Positions 61,844-64,000 of a stretch of 64,000 bases of DNA are shown piece by piece. The stretch comes from Octopus bimaculoides (lineage: Eukaryota), in the NCBI RefSeq assembly GCF_001194135.2, contig NC_068993.1:10518318-10582317 (forward strand), given 5' to 3'. Numbering within the stretch: the first letter of the stretch is position 1; every line of letters begins with the position of its first letter. The notes under the pieces are model-generated. The model did not search any database. It saw only the letters and a list, made by a program, of their open reading frames with translations, and was not told where the DNA came from. A program made the position numbers and the translations under genes.

Positions 61844-63434
61844 TATATATATATATATATATATATTTCTTGTATCAACATCAGTAGTAGTGTTGTAGAC
61901 ACATCATTGCCTCATTATAGTGAAATAAAATCTGCCTCATTCAGTTTGAAAATCCTGTACCAGTGTATTCTGTAAATATTCATTTGGAACGATAAATGAT
62001 AGGAGACACTATAGAAAGACTGTATAGATACTGGTTGGAGTGCAGTACCCTTTCCTGTAGAAGCTGAATGCAGGGACTTTATTGGGATGGTGGCTGCTAT
62101 CAATTGATGTCCAACACTGGCAAATAAATACCATCTTGAAGGAGAGGAACAGTCATTGGATATGACTAAAAACAGAATGATGAAACCTGTTGGAGAGGTG
62201 ATGATCCTGAAGTGGACGCGGTCAAATACTAGTCGGTCAAAACAGTAGGTGGGGGTCTCACATTAGTGAAGCAGGGGTCAATGCGCTGTAAAGCTGTCAA
62301 GAGGAGGTCCCCAAAATGGTGCGCATTCTCTCCTGATGACCCTGAAACCAACTGCCATCCAGTATGCGGAGTCTTTGACTGATTGCATTTGCACTAGCAA
62401 GCTGATACCAAGTTTCTCTAAACTGGATGAACTAAGAAACCTGTGGTAGTAGTAGTAGTAGTAGCTTCTAGTATTCTAGTTTTGTTGCAGTAATATAAGA
62501 AGAAAATGTAATACTTTCTTAAATGAATCCATAAGATTTTAATATTAGACATTATGAGAATTGATTCAAGATAAAATCAGAGTAAAAGACCCACTGACCA
62601 TCCCTGGATCAGTTGCTCTTTTCTGTCTCAAATCGATGGTTGTAATGGCTAATATTAATTCCATTAATGTTCAAAGCTTGCATTCACATGAACAGAGAAA
62701 ACTGTTACGACCGGAGACATATATAAGAATAAGTTAAGTTAGGTGATCTTTATCACCATCTTAAGTGTGGAGTTTATGCAAAGACATTGCTTTGATTAAA
62801 GATACAAGTGAGCGTGAGGTTATTTGGGTGATCTTATGTTAACTTCAGAGTTGATGCAGTACATATAATATCACCAAACAATCAGCTTCTTTTCTTTCCT
62901 TTTATTACTTTCGTTTGCTTTTATTAACTGAAAGCTTTTAACAGTGAATTAACAAACTCACAATATAAAAATGAATGAGAGAGGAAATTTAAGATTTCAG
63001 AAGTTAATAAAAATGCCACTGGCACGATATTTACCAAGTGTCAAAATCCTCTGGAAACTAATTTCACAAAGAATTAATCCAGTCCAAATGACAAAATTAA
63101 TAAACGGGTTGCTTAAAATAAGCTTAAAATAAATCTTTTTTTCTTTTGCATTTTATGAGATGGGACAAACTTTCCCAATGTTATTGGTTTAACCTAGTTT
63201 GTTAAATAACAGGTTCTAAGCAATGAATAAAAAAAAATATCGTGGTTTAGCAGTTTTTCATAGATTAGATTCTGCTTTCAATTTAACCAATATTTCATGA
63301 TCTCTATTATACAGAATCATAATGGGCAACACGATAAAGTAACACATAGAATTAGCCAGGATTTGAACCAAAGATTAGGGGTCCCGGTTATTTAAGTATA
63401 TCCACAATTAGCCATCTAATTTAATCTTTCATTT

Positions 63435-63560
63435 TTCACGTGTTACTGTGGCCATGCTGGAGTATTGCCTTGAAGAGTTCAGTTGAACAAATTTACCCCA
63501 GAACCTTTTTTTTTTGTTTTTACCTTTGTATCTTATTCTATTAGTCTTTTTTGTCTGTGT
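63435..63560 (-). mobile_element. SINE family B 3' part, diverged
   Basis: actgtggccatgctggagtattgccttgaagagttcagttgaacaaatttacccc. Confidence 0.6.
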
Positions 63561-64000
63561 GGCTAATAAAGAAATCTATTACAAAAGAAAAATAGTCAAC
63601 TAATTACATCATATATCAAGGAAGTATTCTTAATTCTAATACAGATTGTTTCTAGTCATTTGTGCATGTACACGCACATGCATGCACGCATACACACCCT
63701 TATTAACATTTTACTTCCATTTTTCCATGCTAACATGTATTAAATGAATCTTCTGCTTCTTGCTGTTTCACCACTTATAACCTTCATCTTTTCCTTTGTG
63801 AGGTCCAGCATTCTCAGGTCAGCCTTCACTACTATTTCTCATGCCTAGTTCTGTCTTAAGCCATGGGCACAATGGACAGTTACCTAGGGACCTCTTGGAT
63901 CTAGGGGCCCAAGTATGATCTATGTATGCCATGGTTTGCTGGCAATATATACTACAGGGCCACGTGCAATGATTTTCTGAGGGGCTGCGAGGGTCTGGGA

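Noticed and set aside
62333-62350. ctgatgaccctgaaa
   Set aside because: There is no room for stem II and no stem III or cleavage triplet; a chance match.

Overview
AT-rich, repeat-saturated animal genomic DNA with 11 N-gaps, many bordered by (TA)n. The repeat repertoire (tRNA-derived SINEs, RTE LINE 3' ends with (GAT)n tails, Penelope-like remnants) points to a cephalopod, probably Octopus; this is inferred from repeat resemblance. No host protein-coding gene could be established, and the long ORFs in the track are microsatellite or gap artefacts. Recognisable coding remnants are all decayed transposon ORFs: a Tigger/pogo transposase (2.4-3.4 kb), RTE-clade LINE pieces (14.9-15.3 kb and 39.6-40.4 kb) and a Penelope-like RT (37.1-37.6 kb). 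There are at least four tRNA-headed SINE families (my labels A, B, D, H), many RTE 3'-end copies (C, I), and several Tc1/mariner and TTAA-flanked MITEs. The most interesting signals are: (1) six hammerhead-ribozyme-like motifs of four kinds, one fused behind a Pol III tRNA-like head (candidate ribozyme-bearing SINE) and one two-copy family with a non-canonical CUGUUGA core; (2) apparent microsatellite-directed insertion, with RTE ends in (TA)n and SINE D in (ATT)n; (3) a mariner MITE flanked by a 53-bp duplication; (4) a perfect 39-bp fold-back. All coordinates were read by eye and element ends are approximate.
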